Shown here: piece after piece, positions 13,911-26,895 of the stretch
How the letters are laid out: every line of letters begins with the position of its first letter
Position numbering within the stretch: position 1 is the first letter of the stretch
NCBI GenBank assembly: GCA_964016885.1
Contig: OZ024742.1
Location: forward strand, 352,780,001-352,844,000
DNA: 64,000 bases
Reading direction: 5' to 3'
Origin: Eledone cirrhosa
Lineage: Eukaryota
Notes under the pieces: model-generated
Database searches by the model: none
What the model saw: the letters and a program-made list of their open reading frames with translations, nothing else
What the model was told of the DNA's origin: nothing
Program-made: the position numbers and the translations under genes

Positions 13911-14296
13911 GTAAGATGTAGACACGTAAATGATAATGAGAGAAAAGTTGATGGAGTGAAAGTCAGAGAAAGAGATAGAGATTTGTAGAGAGGAAACCTC
14001 GGCAGAACATACGATTAAGCGATGAGAGAGTCGTGCTGTGCAAGTAAAAATTAATAAGGTATCAAGTAAAAACCTTGTGTTAGCTTTGTCATAAATATAA
14101 TATTCCCATTCAATACATACAGTTAGCACCTGCAATTATATTTCTCACTTAATATCTCTTACAGTCTACACTTCTTTTATCTATATATACCACATGAAAC
14201 TACCCGCCAGTATACTTGGAATTGTACCACACACACATACACACACACACGCAGACACCCACACACACAATAAGGAATTTATCTTTTTACAGTATT

Positions 14297-14480
14297 CAAT
14301 AATTGTCTCTACATGTGGCACAAAACCAGCAATTACACCAGTGCATTACTGGTACTTTATTTTATCGAGCCCGTAAGGATGTAAGGCAAAGTTAACTCCG
14401 GCGGGATTTGAACTCAGACCATAGAGGGCCGTAACTCTTTGCTGTAAACCATGGTTTCTGACGGCCTACCGATAATACAT
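14297..14480 (-). mobile_element. tRNA-derived SINE (octopod family)
   Basis: Reverse copy of the consensus with B box gagttcaaatccc, central gttaactttgcctt.catccttacggg.tcgataaaataaagtaccag and 3' gtagaaacaatta. Confidence 0.9.
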
Positions 14481-14535
14481 GTGTGAATGTGCCACCTGAA
14501 CAAGTATCTTCCACCTACAACTAATTGATTTTCAG

Positions 14536-14715
14536 CCTCTAGGCCCTGGCAGGCATGATGGGAAATACATTGCCCTGAGTGAGATGTGCTTGAACAGACA
14601 TTCCACATCAAAGGCGCTAACACCTGCGGGCGGCCAACACCGCTTCGGTAACAGTAAATAGGTATGAGATCCGTGAACGCCAGAAATCACTGCTACCGGC
14701 TCCATTGTAGTAGGA
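14536..14715 (+). pseudogene. Decayed Ig C2-set N-terminal half exon
   Basis: After acceptor gattttcag; DVLEQTFHIKGANTCGRPTPLR*Q* resembles E...C...GRPxPxIxW. Confidence 0.35.
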
Positions 14716-15082
14716 GTTGGAGTGAAACAAAAGAAATTGTTCAGTATATAGCTGCTGGTGGGTGATGATGGTGATGGCAGGCGTTTTGGTGATAGGATAG
14801 AGGATGCTGACAATGATAAAGGTGTAATTACTGAAGTTGTAAGGATATAAAGAGGGGTTGATGAGGGATAAGGTATTGACAGAGACATGGAAATATTAAA
14901 ATACGATATATACTATGAACTATATTTTATTTTAGTATTACAATTTTACTCCGGGTTCAGCAATAATCGTGAAGGACAGTGTTAAGATATTTTTCAGAAT
15001 AACGTGAGACATGGAGTCATAAGGTATTTGGAATTGGGAAAATAAGGAAATAAGGAACGAGGAAATAAGAAGAGATTAATGA

Positions 15083-15630
15083 TAATTATTTCTTCTTTTG
15101 GCAGAAGGCCAGCAATTATCCCAGTGTGCTACCTAATACATTAATGATGATGATGATGGAAGGAGGTAAATAGTGGTTTCTTATATAGGCACAAGGCCAG
15201 CAATGTTTGGGGAGCGGAAAGTCGATTAAATCGACCCTAATGCATTACTGGTACTTTATTTTATCAACCGCGTATGGATGAAATACAAAGTTAACGTCGA
15301 ATTTGAACACTGATCATAAGGGGCCGTAACTCTATGTTGCAAAGCACCTTGTCTAATCCTCTACCCAGACTGCTAATCCGCCGCACTTGAAGGAAATAAA
15401 TAATGAAAATAAAAAAAAGGAAATAAAAAATTAGAAAATAATTGTTTCTACTTTTGTCACAAGGCCAGCAATTATCGCAGTGTATTACTGGTACTTTATT
15501 TTATCGACCCTGTAAAGATGAAAGGCAAAGTTAACCTCGGATGGATTTGAACTCAGAACATAAAGGTGTTATAACTCTATGCTACAAAGTATGCTGTCTA
15601 ACGCTCTACCGACATTGCCAATCCACTCCG
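15083..15630 (-). mobile_element. Cluster of SINE copies (stub ~15083-15135; long variant ~15170-15390; copy ~15437-15630)
   Basis: Repeated ggcacaaggccagcaat...actggtactttattttatcgaccc...ggcaaagttaacctcgg..gatttgaactcag. Confidence 0.85.
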
Positions 15631-15886
15631 TTAAAAAAAAATGAGAAAATAATGAAATAATTAAAATAATTAAAGTCAATTTAGAATGTAGATATTGAGG
15701 AATTGTCTCCAAGTCTCATGAGTTAGAAGGTGAGCGTGCTGATTTGTGTCGGGATATGAGAGACTTCCGCTATATTTACAATCAGGTGCACCTCGTCATC
15801 CGTTATGTGTTCCATGAACAATATATATCTAAATGTCTATATAATTATGCACACACACACACATTTTCACACACAGACACACACAC

Positions 15887-15947
<61 letters not shown>

Positions 15948-16685
15948 AACACTATATATATATATATATATATATACATATATACGAGTCTGTGTGTCTG
16001 TTTCTATGAGCGTGAGTATTTGTGTAAGCGTGTGTTTGTGTGAGAGTGGGGTATATTGCAGTTGCTGTTCAGTTTCCGATCAGCGTAAGTTGGAAGCCAA
16101 TAACTTCCTTCCGTTGTGGATATGTATTTCCTTATATTTAGTATCTCGTATAACGTCAATACTGTTTTCTAGACGCTTAATAAATATTCGTTCATTCCGG
16201 CATCTATGATTTACAATCCGGACGTGAATGTGTTATTATTGCATTTCCTGGGCATACAGCGAGATTTGTGAATTGCTAAATCAGCGAATAAAATGACACT
16301 ACAGCAGTCTTAACAGATCTTTGCTTTCTGAGTTCAAGTTCCACTCATATCCATTCTGCTTCAGGTCTCGGGAAAATGTAGTTCCATACATTATTCGGGC
16401 TGACATGGGAGGAGTTGTTGTTAATGGATTTCAATGTAAATGGATTCGAAGCCTAACATAATAATAATTGTAGTTCAAATATGAATTGGTTTTACCGTGT
16501 AGAGTTGTGTCAAGAAGAAATATTGATAAAAAGGAATGTGTTCTTATTACATATATTTTACTTAGGTATTATAAATGATACAATGACAAAGATTACGAAG
16601 CGGAAAAAATATCAAAAGTATAAATAGTAGAAACAAACCGGAAACGAAATAAAATAATATATGCATGACATATATTTACACGTCG

Positions 16686-16872
16686 TGGATTGGCAGTATC
16701 GGTAGAGGGTCGGACGCCTTGCTTTGATGCATAGAGTTATGGCCTCTTTCCATTCTGAGTTCAAATCCCGCCGAGGTCAACTTTGCCTTTCATCCTTAAA
16801 GGGTTGTTAAAATAAAGTACCAGTAATACACTGGGATAATTGCTGGCCTTGTGCCAAAAGTAGAAACAATTA
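16686..16872 (+). mobile_element. tRNA-derived SINE
   Basis: A box tggcagtatcgg, B box gagttcaaatccc, conserved central domain, 3' gtagaaacaattat. Confidence 0.9.
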
Positions 16873-17270
16873 TATTAGACAATTGACATTGACAAAATAT
16901 TAGAGGAAGTGATATATTTACACGTCAGTTATATTAGATAATTGATATTGAGAAAATATTAGAGGAAGTGATATATTTTCACGTCAATTATATTAGAGAA
17001 TTGACATTGACAAAATATTAGAGGAAGTGATATATTTACACGTCAATTGTATTAGAGAATTGACATTGACAAAATATTAGAGGAAGTGATATATTTTCAC
17101 GTCAATTATATTAGAGAATTGACGTTGACAAAATATTAGAGGAAGTGATATATTTTCACGTCAATTATATTAGAGAATTGACGTTGACAAAATATTAGAG
17201 GAAGTGATATATTTTCACGTCAATTATATTAGAGAATTGACGTTGACAAAATATTAGAGGAACTGATATT
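16867..17270. repeat. 59-bp minisatellite, ~6.8 near-identical copies
   Basis: Unit caattatattagagaattgacattgacaaaatattagaggaagtgatatattt(a/t)cacgt shifts 1 nt per 60-nt line. Confidence 0.95.
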
Positions 17271-17354
17271 AGAAAAATTAAAATAAAATTCAGTCACTTA
17301 TATCAACTGAAAAAAACAAATCACATACAAATTATACTACTACAGCTTAACCAT

Positions 17355-17660
17355 AATTTCAAACATGGTGCGCTTATAATTGATAATATTGGCAGGTGAA
17401 TAGGCAAAACGCTATTAAGCTGTAACATTTTCACACATGCTACTACAGGAGATGGGAAACCATTTCTATCTAAATTCGTATGAATATATTTAGAAATCGG
17501 CAATGAACCAACATAAATACTGTTGACATCCATTATATACTCATCCTGTTTCCCACGAATTTATATCAAAAGAGTGCGTTTTTGTTTATTGATGTTCACC
17601 AAGAGATTGTGAATTAAACTTGAGCCGTGCTAATCCAACACTCGCATTATAAATATGTGA
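17355..17660 (+). pseudogene. Decayed Ig C2-set remnant
   Basis: GALIIDNIGR*IGKTLLSCNIF followed by DCELNLSRANPTLAL (C...NPxPxLxW-like). Confidence 0.35.
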
Positions 17661-17689
17661 CTTCAATTGAGCGGCTGAGTGTCAAATAT

Positions 17690-18687
17690 CACAAGTGAAA
17701 GGAACATATTCTACAGCCTTTGAGAAAGAGGGAAAATCCTCCTCGTCGAAACAAAATTTCCGGAAGAAAACCAAAATTTCATATAGGGACTGTCGGACTC
17801 TTACATAAACTGTTAGAAAGGATCACAAAAGTACAACCCCCCCCCCCCCCCCAATTACTGCAGAGCTTAATGACCACCTCGAGAACCCAGTTTCCACAAA
17901 AACTGTTCGCCGGGAGCTGCACAAACAGCAATTCACGGGAGGGCTGCAATCAGAAAACCACTACATTCAAAAATAAACGTTGCCAAGCGTTTAGAGTGGA
18001 GTCAAAACCTACAGAATTAGTCCTTAGATCAGTGAAAAAATGTTATTTTCTCGGACGTGTCATCCTTTACCTTATTTCCGACCACCGGCCGAGTATACTC
18101 GTGGAGAAAGCCAAAAGAAGCATTTGACCCAGACTGCCTTCTGCCAACTGTTAAAGATGGATGAGGATATGTGATGATCTGGGGGGGTTATATATTGGAA
18201 ATCAGTCGGCCCAATGGTTTCCCTTCATGGCAGAATTAATAGTCAAGACTATTTAAGCATTTTATCTGATCAAATAAATCCTATGGTTGCGAAACTGTTT
18301 CCGGAGGGAAACGCAATCTTTCAGGATGATAAAGCACCAATTCACACCGCTAAAGTTGTTACTAAATGGCACGAGGAACATTCTAGTGAAGTTGAACATC
18401 TTATCTGGCCACCACAGTCCCCAGATCTCAATATTATTGAACATTTATGGTGCATTTTAGAAATTCAAGTAAGGAGTCGATAAACTCCACCATCATCACT
18501 ACAAGAACTGGAGACTGTTTTAGCTGAAAAATGGACAACTATTCCTTTGGAAGCAATTCAAACTTTGTACGAGTCCATACCTCGTAGAATTCAAGCTCTA
18601 ATTACTGCCAAAGTCGGTCCTACCCCATATTAAAATAAATGTATTTGAAATTTTAAGGTATTTACATTATGTTGTCTAACCCCTGTA
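17690..18687 (+). mobile_element. Tc1/mariner (DD34E) transposon relic, left end missing
   Basis: FQDDKAPIHTAKVVTKW...WPPQSPDLNIIEHLW; HTH remnant TAELNDHLENPVSTKTVRRELH; right TIR ...gttgtctaacccctg|TA at 18671-18687. Confidence 0.9.
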
Positions 18688-18709
18688 TATATGTATATAT
18701 TTATATATA

Positions 18710-18802
18710 TAATTGTTTCTTCTTTTGGTACAAGGCCAGCAATTATGCAAGTGTATTACTGGTACCTTATTTTATCAACCCCGTAAGGCTGAAAGGCAAA
18801 GT
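18710..18802 (-). mobile_element. SINE 3' half
   Basis: aattgtttct..ttttggtacaaggccagcaatt...ggcaaagt. Confidence 0.8.
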
Positions 18803-18948
18803 GTTATATGTTGTAAGCTAGACGTAGGTTTCCCTTTATTTATTTATAAATAATATATGAACATAATTCATATCTTTCAGAACCCTTATCACATATTAAT
18901 GTGGGCCATTCAAAGTGTGATTACTGCTGATGTCTACTATACGTAAAA

Positions 18949-19390
18949 TCTATATATTAATACGCTTATACCTACGTACCGTACGTCCGACCGTGTGTGT
19001 CAAGCTTTCAGTAATTTATCTAGAGAATATGAGAAACAGAGTTCACCAGCGACGAAATGCCATAATTGAAGAGCAGCCTTTGAGCAATGTCGATGAACAG
19101 TGTGAGAGTTAAACTGATACCCCAAAACGAATCCACCCATGGCCAAAGAAGGGGAATCACCTTTACTAGAAACATTGTATATAGGGAAGTGCTTTGAGGA
19201 TGATTTATGTGTACTTTTATGAAATTAATTTTAAATAAACTTACATTATTACACATAAAACAAAGGAAAATATAATTGTTTATTCACCAAAATACTGCAA
19301 ATCAAATGACTTTGATTAACTGATAAATATTCATTGGAAAATATTTAAATTTCAAAAATTATCCGTGAGTCTTTTCACGGGCCCAGCTAG
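18949..19390 (+). mobile_element. Non-autonomous Helitron (~440 bp)
   Basis: 5' A|TCTATATATTAATA; 3' hairpin ccgtga-gtcttt-tcacgg (19363-19380) then gcccag-CTAG|T; A/T insertion site, no TSD. Confidence 0.7.
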
Positions 19391-19479
19391 TATCTATAAC
19401 TGTATGTATTTTTTTGTTTTTCTTGTTTACAACTAATTTATTTACAATTGTTTATAACGTTGTCTATTAATCCCTATGG

Positions 19480-19835
19480 TGAGAAAATAGGGTTCCATGT
19501 GCTGGCCTCCCCACAGGCCCGGCAGACAGGATGGACAAGGCGTTTTCCCGGAGGATGGTAAGGGAGATGCGCTGGAAGAGCCATTCCAACTCGCGAGGCT
19601 CACACCTGTGACTGGGCAGCTCAGCACCTATGGTAGTGTATAGGGAGGTAGCCATAGGACCAAGGACACCAAAAGTCTACACTGCCAAGGGAACGACCGC
19701 GAACCTGTCGGAGAGCGACCGATTCTCGGAGAGTTTGGCCTCCTCAGCCTGACGTTTAGCAGTACCTGGTTTAGTCACAGACAGCACCAGTTTGCGGCTG
19801 GAGATATTGTCGCTGCAAGTGGCATCCCAGAATAT
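19480..19835 (-). mobile_element. RLE-type non-LTR retrotransposon 3' fragment (CRE-like)
   Basis: FWDATCSD...PGTAKRQAEEAK..VVPLAV*TFGVLGPMA...EPRELEWLFQRISLTILRENALSIL. Confidence 0.75.
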
Positions 19836-20243
19836 ATTAAGATTTCTAATATTGTCCTTGCTACCAAGCATGCATAAATGAACTTATTTGAACGACAATA
19901 TATTTCACTTCTCTTTTAGTGGGAATAATTACATTGATGTACTCTATGACAATAACCATGGTACCATTTAAACCACATGGAATTCCATTAACAATATATA
20001 GTCTCATTACTTTTGTGAGACGTTTATATTCTTAGATGAATGTAATACATTTCAGGTACTGCAGAATTTAATTTCGTACCCAACCAATAAATAATGTATT
20101 CTAACTACATATTGCTATCCTGTAACGAATAATTCCTTTAAACATAAAGACAAAGTGAAACATACTAATGATAAATGACAACATACATTACATATATTCA
20201 TTATATCTTAGAAAATGTTTATACATTAAATATTTCATTTTAG

Positions 20244-20500
20244 ATCCCCAATCGCCGTTTAGTGATACGTTTTACAATTCATAGATCCACATCAAATATG
20301 TGGATCTATTAAGTGAATATTATCCGAAAACAGATCAATATATTACTACCAACAAAATACAGACACTACAATTGCTGCTGGCATTAGAACGACTGTCATG
20401 TCTGAGTACCTTTATTCAAATACAAACTCGGATCGGATTCAATTCTTCATGGGTCACTCATCGCAATAATACATATTGAGTAATTAACATGATCCAGAAA
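20244..20500 (+). pseudogene. Decayed Ig C2-set N-terminal remnant
   Basis: After acceptor tttcattttag: DPQSP...; TTIAAGIRTTVMSEYLYSNTNSDRIQF / SSW (IxAG....C...SNPxxxIxW-like). Confidence 0.35.
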
Positions 20501-20661
20501 TAGAGACTTCAATACGTCTTAGGACTGATTCAGATTTGTCTCATAAACGTCCACTACTGAACGACTCTTTATATATACATTCAGACTCACCGACTGAGGC
20601 ACACAGACAAAGGTTCACAGGCTCAGACAGACATAGACTGGAACACAGTCACAGGCATACG

Positions 20662-20835
20662 TTCTTCTTCTTCTTCTTCTTCTTCTTCTTCTTCTTCTTC
20701 TTCTCCTCCTACTCCTCCTTCTTCTTCTTCTTCTTCTTCTTCTTCTTCTTCTTCTTCTTCTTCTTCTTCTTCTTCTTCTTCTTCTTCTTCTTCTCCACCT
20801 CCTCCTCCTCCTATTCTTCTTCTTCTTCTTCTTCT
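20662..20835. repeat. (TTC)n microsatellite
   Basis: Direct inspection. Confidence 0.95.
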
Positions 20836-21632
20836 AATGTGTTCGGTTTGATTAGTGTTTAATTAATATGAAAAGGAATTACATGTTTTATTCCTTGCCA
20901 TTGTTTATGGCCGACCGTCTCACCTTAAATAATCTAAACATCTCCTTCTCTGACCTCTGGTACATTTCCTGCTACGCAGTTTTTAACTCGACATATTGGA
21001 TTCTATTTTATTTATTATAACATATATTCCATCGTTTCCTTGCAACTATCTCCACATTGCTGAAATATCACTTCAAATCTTAGCTGTAATCTTATAATGT
21101 TTCATCTTACTTCCATTTACGAAGATGTTTTTTCATCCGTACTTTCTATTTCGATTTCCACTCACCTGCCTCTCACTTGTCTATTATTCCTTCGGGGCCT
21201 TATTAACAGTTAATCTATTTGCTCTTTAACTAAATATTGCCTTAGATGTTTATTCATGTGAACACGCCTGATATTTCACTGGGAGGAAGCAGTCGATTAT
21301 ATAGACAAGTGCATAACCCTACGAATTTTGAAAGAAGAGAAGTATCAATAAAGACATATCAGTTCCATCTGCCTATTCTATTTCCCCTTCATCTGTTGTC
21401 ACTAACATTTACTTTCGACGACGTTTCACTTCACTTTCTTCCACTCACCTCTGCTTCATTTTACAATAGTTTACTTCCAATATTCTACAAACCTTTTTAT
21501 CCTGTGTCTTTCATTATCTGACGCTCTCTATCTCTCCTACTCTTATATAACTCATGTTTCAATAAATATTAACTGTCGACATACAGGCTTTCTAATTTTA
21601 TCGATATTTTCTCTTCGTAATGGATTGGCAAA

Positions 21633-21915
21633 AGGCGGTGGATTGGCAGTATCGGTAGAGGGTCGGACGCCATGCTTTGACGCAAAGAGTTACGGCCCTT
21701 GCTATTCTGAGTTCAAATCCCGCCGAGGTTAACTTTGCCTTTCATCCTTATGGGGTCGATAAAATAAAGTCCCAGTAATGCACTGGGTAATTGCTGGCCT
21801 TTTGCCAAATGAAGTAACAATTATTTACCTCCATCGAGATCGATAATATAAAGTACCAGTCACGCAATGGGTCGATTTAACTGACTTACCCCTCCCCGAA
21901 ATTTGCTGGCCTTGT
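21633..21915 (+). mobile_element. Full-length SINE (21633-21822) plus 3' fragment of the long variant (21838-21915)
   Basis: ggcggtggattggcagtatcggtagagggtcggacg...gagttcaaatcccgccgagg...gctggcctt. Confidence 0.9.
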
Positions 21916-22079
21916 TTTATTTGTAAATATTACATTGCTCATAATTTTATATTTCTTTTACTTTCCAGTTGCATTTCTTTTTCAAGTTAATATATAATAT
22001 ATTTAAATTTTAACTGAAACTGCTCCAATTATGTTATCCATGTTTTATGAAATAACAACATGATATAATCGTTAACATT

Positions 22080-24200
22080 TATAACGAAGAGTTTGACTGA
22101 ATACATGCCAATACATACCGAAGACACTAGCAAGAGTTGAGTCTTACCTATTAATTTCGTAGTTACTCATCTAATATTTAAGCCAAATAATTTGCGAATA
22201 TTACAGGGCTGTCAAAATATTGTTTATATTAAGTGAGGCCATGCTGATTGCTAGATAATCGTATATCTAGAGGATGTAACTTAAGGCTGTGCACGTTGTT
22301 GGAAGCTCCCAGATGCATAATACATATTCAGCAGGCCTCTACTACTACGGCTGTATTAGTAGTATCGGTAGAGGGTCGGAAGCTATGCTTTGCACCAAAA
22401 GAGTTACGGCCCTTTATGGTCTGAGTTCAAATGCCGCGGAGGTTAACTTTGCCTTTCATCCTTACGGGGTCAATAAAATAAAGTATCAGTAATACACTGA
22501 GATAATTGCTGGCCTTGTGCCAAAGGTAGAAACAATTATAAGTATCTCAGATCTCTTGATTAGCAACGACACATTTAAATGAACATTCTTGGGAAGAACG
22601 CTCTCTTAGAGACCCGCGGGTCATAAATGGTAGCTATTCATCTGCAAAGGTTGCAACCTTTGAAACGACCAAGGATATCCATTGGAATACATGTTCTGCC
22701 ACCGTAGACATGTATCGTTCAGACATTTTAATTCAAGGTTCCCATGTATAAAACAAAGACTGCTTTAAGATGAAGATCCTGAAGCCAACATGTACAGCAT
22801 ACCCCAGAGGCTTCCACTATATTTTTAATTCCGAAAATACTGAAAACAATAACTATTTAACAAACTAAATTCAACCTTCATTTAAATACCAATCAGGTAT
22901 CAGTATGCCTATGGAGATATTTCATGTGACTAAAGCCCGGTTGATAGTTTAGAACACACTATGTTGCGTAGCTGCCAGGCATCACGGGCTTAGCTGCTTT
23001 CGTTATCTTACCAAATCCAACACGTGATCTAATTCTTCCAATGATGGACCTTAATAAGGAGGACCGAAATTAGTATTCACGTTTTTGTTTTATTTACATA
23101 GCAAATGGCATCTGATTAACAGTTGTGTTAATTTCCTTCGTGTGTGATATTTGGCTATGATTTGTAATTTTAAATATTGCTAAATCAAATACAGTTTTAG
23201 GTTTAGCTAGAGTATCATATCCTATGCAATATGCGAGCTTATCTCATTTGCATCTCTGCTAAAGCAATTAACCTCTCACAACATGTCAGTTTAAAAGGTA
23301 TAATTGTCTTAGTTGTAGCTGGGATTCTCAGACATGGTTTTCTATATATTTTCATATTGCAAAATGTCACTCCATCTATATAAAGAATGGTATGTTATGT
23401 TAATTTTGATTGAATGCCTAAGTTGAAGTTGATGTACGAATTCCTTCCGCATAGATTTGATATAATCTTCCAATTTCCGTCATGCTGAACCTGTGATTTA
23501 AATAGATATATTAAAGCTCACGCCCTAAAACGACAATGGAAATTTAGAAATGATAAAATAATATTTCGAATGTGGATATGTTTCCCCATACGTGACATGC
23601 GTATGGAACAAGGGATGAACATTTTATCGTTTTCCGGCTGATAATTTATCCCGTTTATATTGAAAACAATAACTTGAGGCAATTTAATTTTCTATTGCTT
23701 TTATGTGAACCATGTTTTAGCTGAAAATTCAACGCATGATTTTCCGTTATCTTTCCCGCCATATATATCATACATAAGAAGAGAAACAAACGAAACTCTT
23801 CATACATAAACAAGAACAGAAATATTATTGATTCCTAACATGTTATTGGCGCCAAAATATAGTGAATGTTATGATCTAATTATAATTATCGTTGAAGATT
23901 CCTGAAGAAATGTTCGTGATAAACGATAAGAGAAATATAACTATTATAAAAGTTATTAGCTTCAATGTGGACCATGTGTACAATTGTCTGCATTCAATGA
24001 GCATAACGTAATTGTTTAGGTTGTAAGAATTTCCAGTTAGATCTTTCTTTTGAAGATAATATCTGATGTTTTTTATCGCAACAATAGAATGGAATAAAGG
24101 ATCACATGTACCATAATGATGAATTGGATCCTATCGACAATATCAGAAGTCACTTATGTTATTGTGCTATAAGAATAATGTATTATGTGATTACTTTATT
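22080..24200 (+). pseudogene. Long decayed multi-Ig coding segment (about 5 C2-/I-set domains), interrupted by a SINE
   Basis: RVESYLLIS..QIICEY; VINGSYSSAKVATFETTKDIHWNTCSATV; SPVDSLEHTMLRSCQAS; LILPMMDLNKEDRN*YSRFC; FILQNVTPSI*RMVCYV; FECGYVSPYVTCVWNKG; MFVINDKRNITIIKVISFNVDHVYNC/AFNEH. Confidence 0.6.
22350..22540 (+). mobile_element. tRNA-derived SINE
   Basis: Matches the family consensus. Confidence 0.9.
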
Positions 24201-24315
24201 TTTTAATGCTTGCATAGTTTATATTTTTCGTGCATAAACGAAGTGGCTTATGCATAACGGCTACATGGAATAAAGAGAAATGTAAGACGTACAGTCTCTA
24301 GCGTGTATATATACA

Positions 24316-24348
<33 letters not shown>

Positions 24349-24498
24349 GTGTGTGTGTGAGTGTGTGTGAGTGTGTTTGTGTGTGTGTGTATTAATAACA
24401 ATTCCAATTCTTAGATGTTCCTCATCTTAAAACAGGAAAACCTTGACATAATTATATTTATTTAAATGATAATTCGAATATGATAAATTCAATTAATA

Positions 24499-24680
24499 TA
24501 ATTGTTTCTACTTTTGGCACAACGCCAGCAATTAACCAGTGCATTACTGGTACTTTATTTTATCGACCCCGTAAGGATCAAAGGCAAAGTTAACCTCGGC
24601 GTGATTTGAACTCGGATCATACAGGGAAGTAACTCTATGCTTCAAAGCATGGCGTCCGACCGTCTACCGATATCTCCAAT
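24499..24680 (-). mobile_element. tRNA-derived SINE
   Basis: Matches the family consensus in reverse. Confidence 0.9.
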
Positions 24681-24761
24681 AATATTGTGAAAACTACAGT
24701 GAATACAACAATATACGAATACATGTTATATTTTGAGAGAAATGTATGTGATATTTTACAG

Positions 24762-25800
24762 ATTTCACTACGTTAAACACTAAATGATTGCTTGTTGATC
24801 AATTTAGATCAGGAGTATGGAATTCATTGCTCAGTAAAGAGGGAAAATAGACCATTTATTGGAGCATATCATTTGCAAAAGAATTCCACCTAATCCTTAT
24901 AGTTTATTCGACGCCATGTGGATTTTGAAAATCAATATTAATACGCATTGGCTACTATTGGTTTTCAGTTGAACAACAATATTCAGACGTCTATCTCAAA
25001 TGATTGAAATTGTGCCAATAGATTTGTAATTACAATGCCATGTAGTTTATCCGTAGGATTATTATTATTAAATACAGAGGATATATTAGTAAATGCAAGT
25101 AAATTACTGAAACACAAGCTTCCTTTTCAGTATTAGTATTACAAACGTCCTGCAGGACAATTTGGGATTTGAGAAAATGTGGCTTCGGTTATATTTTAGC
25201 AATTTCGTTCGGGCATCCGATATGATTTGTCACATTTTATTTTAATTCTATCAACAATTTAGCGTTCTTGGAGTTTATTTATGTAAATAATCTTTGTTGA
25301 TACCGGAACTTTCCAAAATCAGTATGATTGCCGTACTATACGTTCGGGTATTTTCTAAAAATGTCAGCAACGACGATACATAGAAGCACACAACTTGGAA
25401 GAGTTTCATAACTTACAGGTAGTGCCCATTCTCATATAAACTTATCGATATCCAAGACGCCAATTGTTGCTATGATATGTTGCTTAATTTCTATAAGCAT
25501 ATAATAGTGTCTTGTTCATAGGAAATGTATGACAACACGCGCTTGGAAATTTAACAGTAATTCATATGTTCGTGTTAAACTTGTGATTCCAAATATCGTA
25601 TAGTGAACTCTCCCATATGTTTGACATATACATGTTCAATAAATCTACATATTTTACACAGCTGTCATAGTAATACAAATACATATGTAACCATTTACAC
25701 CTAACATTTACATGTATAATACAACGGGAGGACACATAATAGTACGTCTGAAGATGACACAGGTGTGCGATGAAATAACTTTCATAGACTAAATAAGTAT
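24762..25800 (+). pseudogene. Decayed I-set Ig coding segment (2-3 domains)
   Basis: After acceptor ttttacag: LINLDQEYGIHCSVK/GK*TIYWSI; LQCHVVY; SFSVLVL; AISFGHPI*FVTFYFN; FSKNVSNDDT*KHT; STSEDDTGV. Confidence 0.55.
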
Positions 25801-25805
25801 ATAAC

Positions 25806-26000
25806 AAAGGAATTGTGGTAAGGAACCAGATGGACCATACCGCACCAGAGTACTCAAAACGTAGGGTAGTAGAGTGGGAAATAGGAAAAAAGTACGACCC
25901 CGACGGCAGAGATCAAGCCGTTTCGACGGCCATTTCTGGAGTCCAGAATTAGCCGTCGAAACGGCTGCAGCTCTGCCGTCGGGGTCATACTTTTTCCTAT
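25806..26000. mobile_element. Short fold-back PLE-derived element, copy 2
   Basis: Same family as 6695-6900; inverted arms 25881-26000. Confidence 0.7.
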
Positions 26001-26149
26001 ATATATATATAGAGAGAGAGAGAGATTATTATCTATATTTTTAAATGTTAGTCAAACAATGATAGCATTTATTGCCAGTTAAATTGACTATAGGTGTATA
26101 ACATATACAGAAGCGAAAGCCAGTGCAAACGAAACAGTGAGTGTGTTCT

Positions 26150-26224
26150 ACGGGGTCGATAAAATAAAGTACCAGTAATACACTGGTTAATTGCTGGCCT
26201 GTTGCCTAACGTAGAAACAATTAT
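26150..26224 (+). mobile_element. SINE 3' fragment (another stub at ~27938-27978)
   Basis: ggggtcgataaaataaagtaccagtaatacactgg..gctggcctg..gtagaaacaattat. Confidence 0.8.
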
Positions 26225-26496
26225 TATTTCCGGGAATATTATAATGATATGGCCCTCCCCAAATATAACAATAATTGTTTCAACACACGATTACGTATCG
26301 AAAACGGGGCTGTAGATCCGTATACAGTGAAACATTTGTTCTAGGCAATGGTGAACTAACAGTTGTGAAACTACTACCAAACTCGTCCCATAGACTGGGT
26401 GCTCTAGAGTTACGGATATAACGCAACAGTGTTCTACTATTCTCACACGCGCACACACACATACACACACACACACATACACACACACACACATAA

Positions 26497-26787
<291 letters not shown>

Positions 26788-26801
26788 CGTCCTCTTCGGA
26801 A

Positions 26802-26893
<92 letters not shown>

Positions 26894-26895
26894 GA

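Noticed and set aside
16867-17270. Regular repeat array as a possible CRISPR
   Set aside because: Whole 59-bp units repeat with no unique spacers; eukaryotic context with no cas genes
17321-17620. Minus-strand ORF resembling a laminin-G domain (IYVGSLP...GF...ACVK)
   Set aside because: Similarity is loose, and the opposite strand gives Ig C2-set motifs consistent with all neighbouring remnants; treated as antisense coincidence, though not formally excluded
21633-21730. tRNA gene
   Set aside because: The A/B boxes belong to the SINE head; no cloverleaf, and it continues into the SINE body and tail
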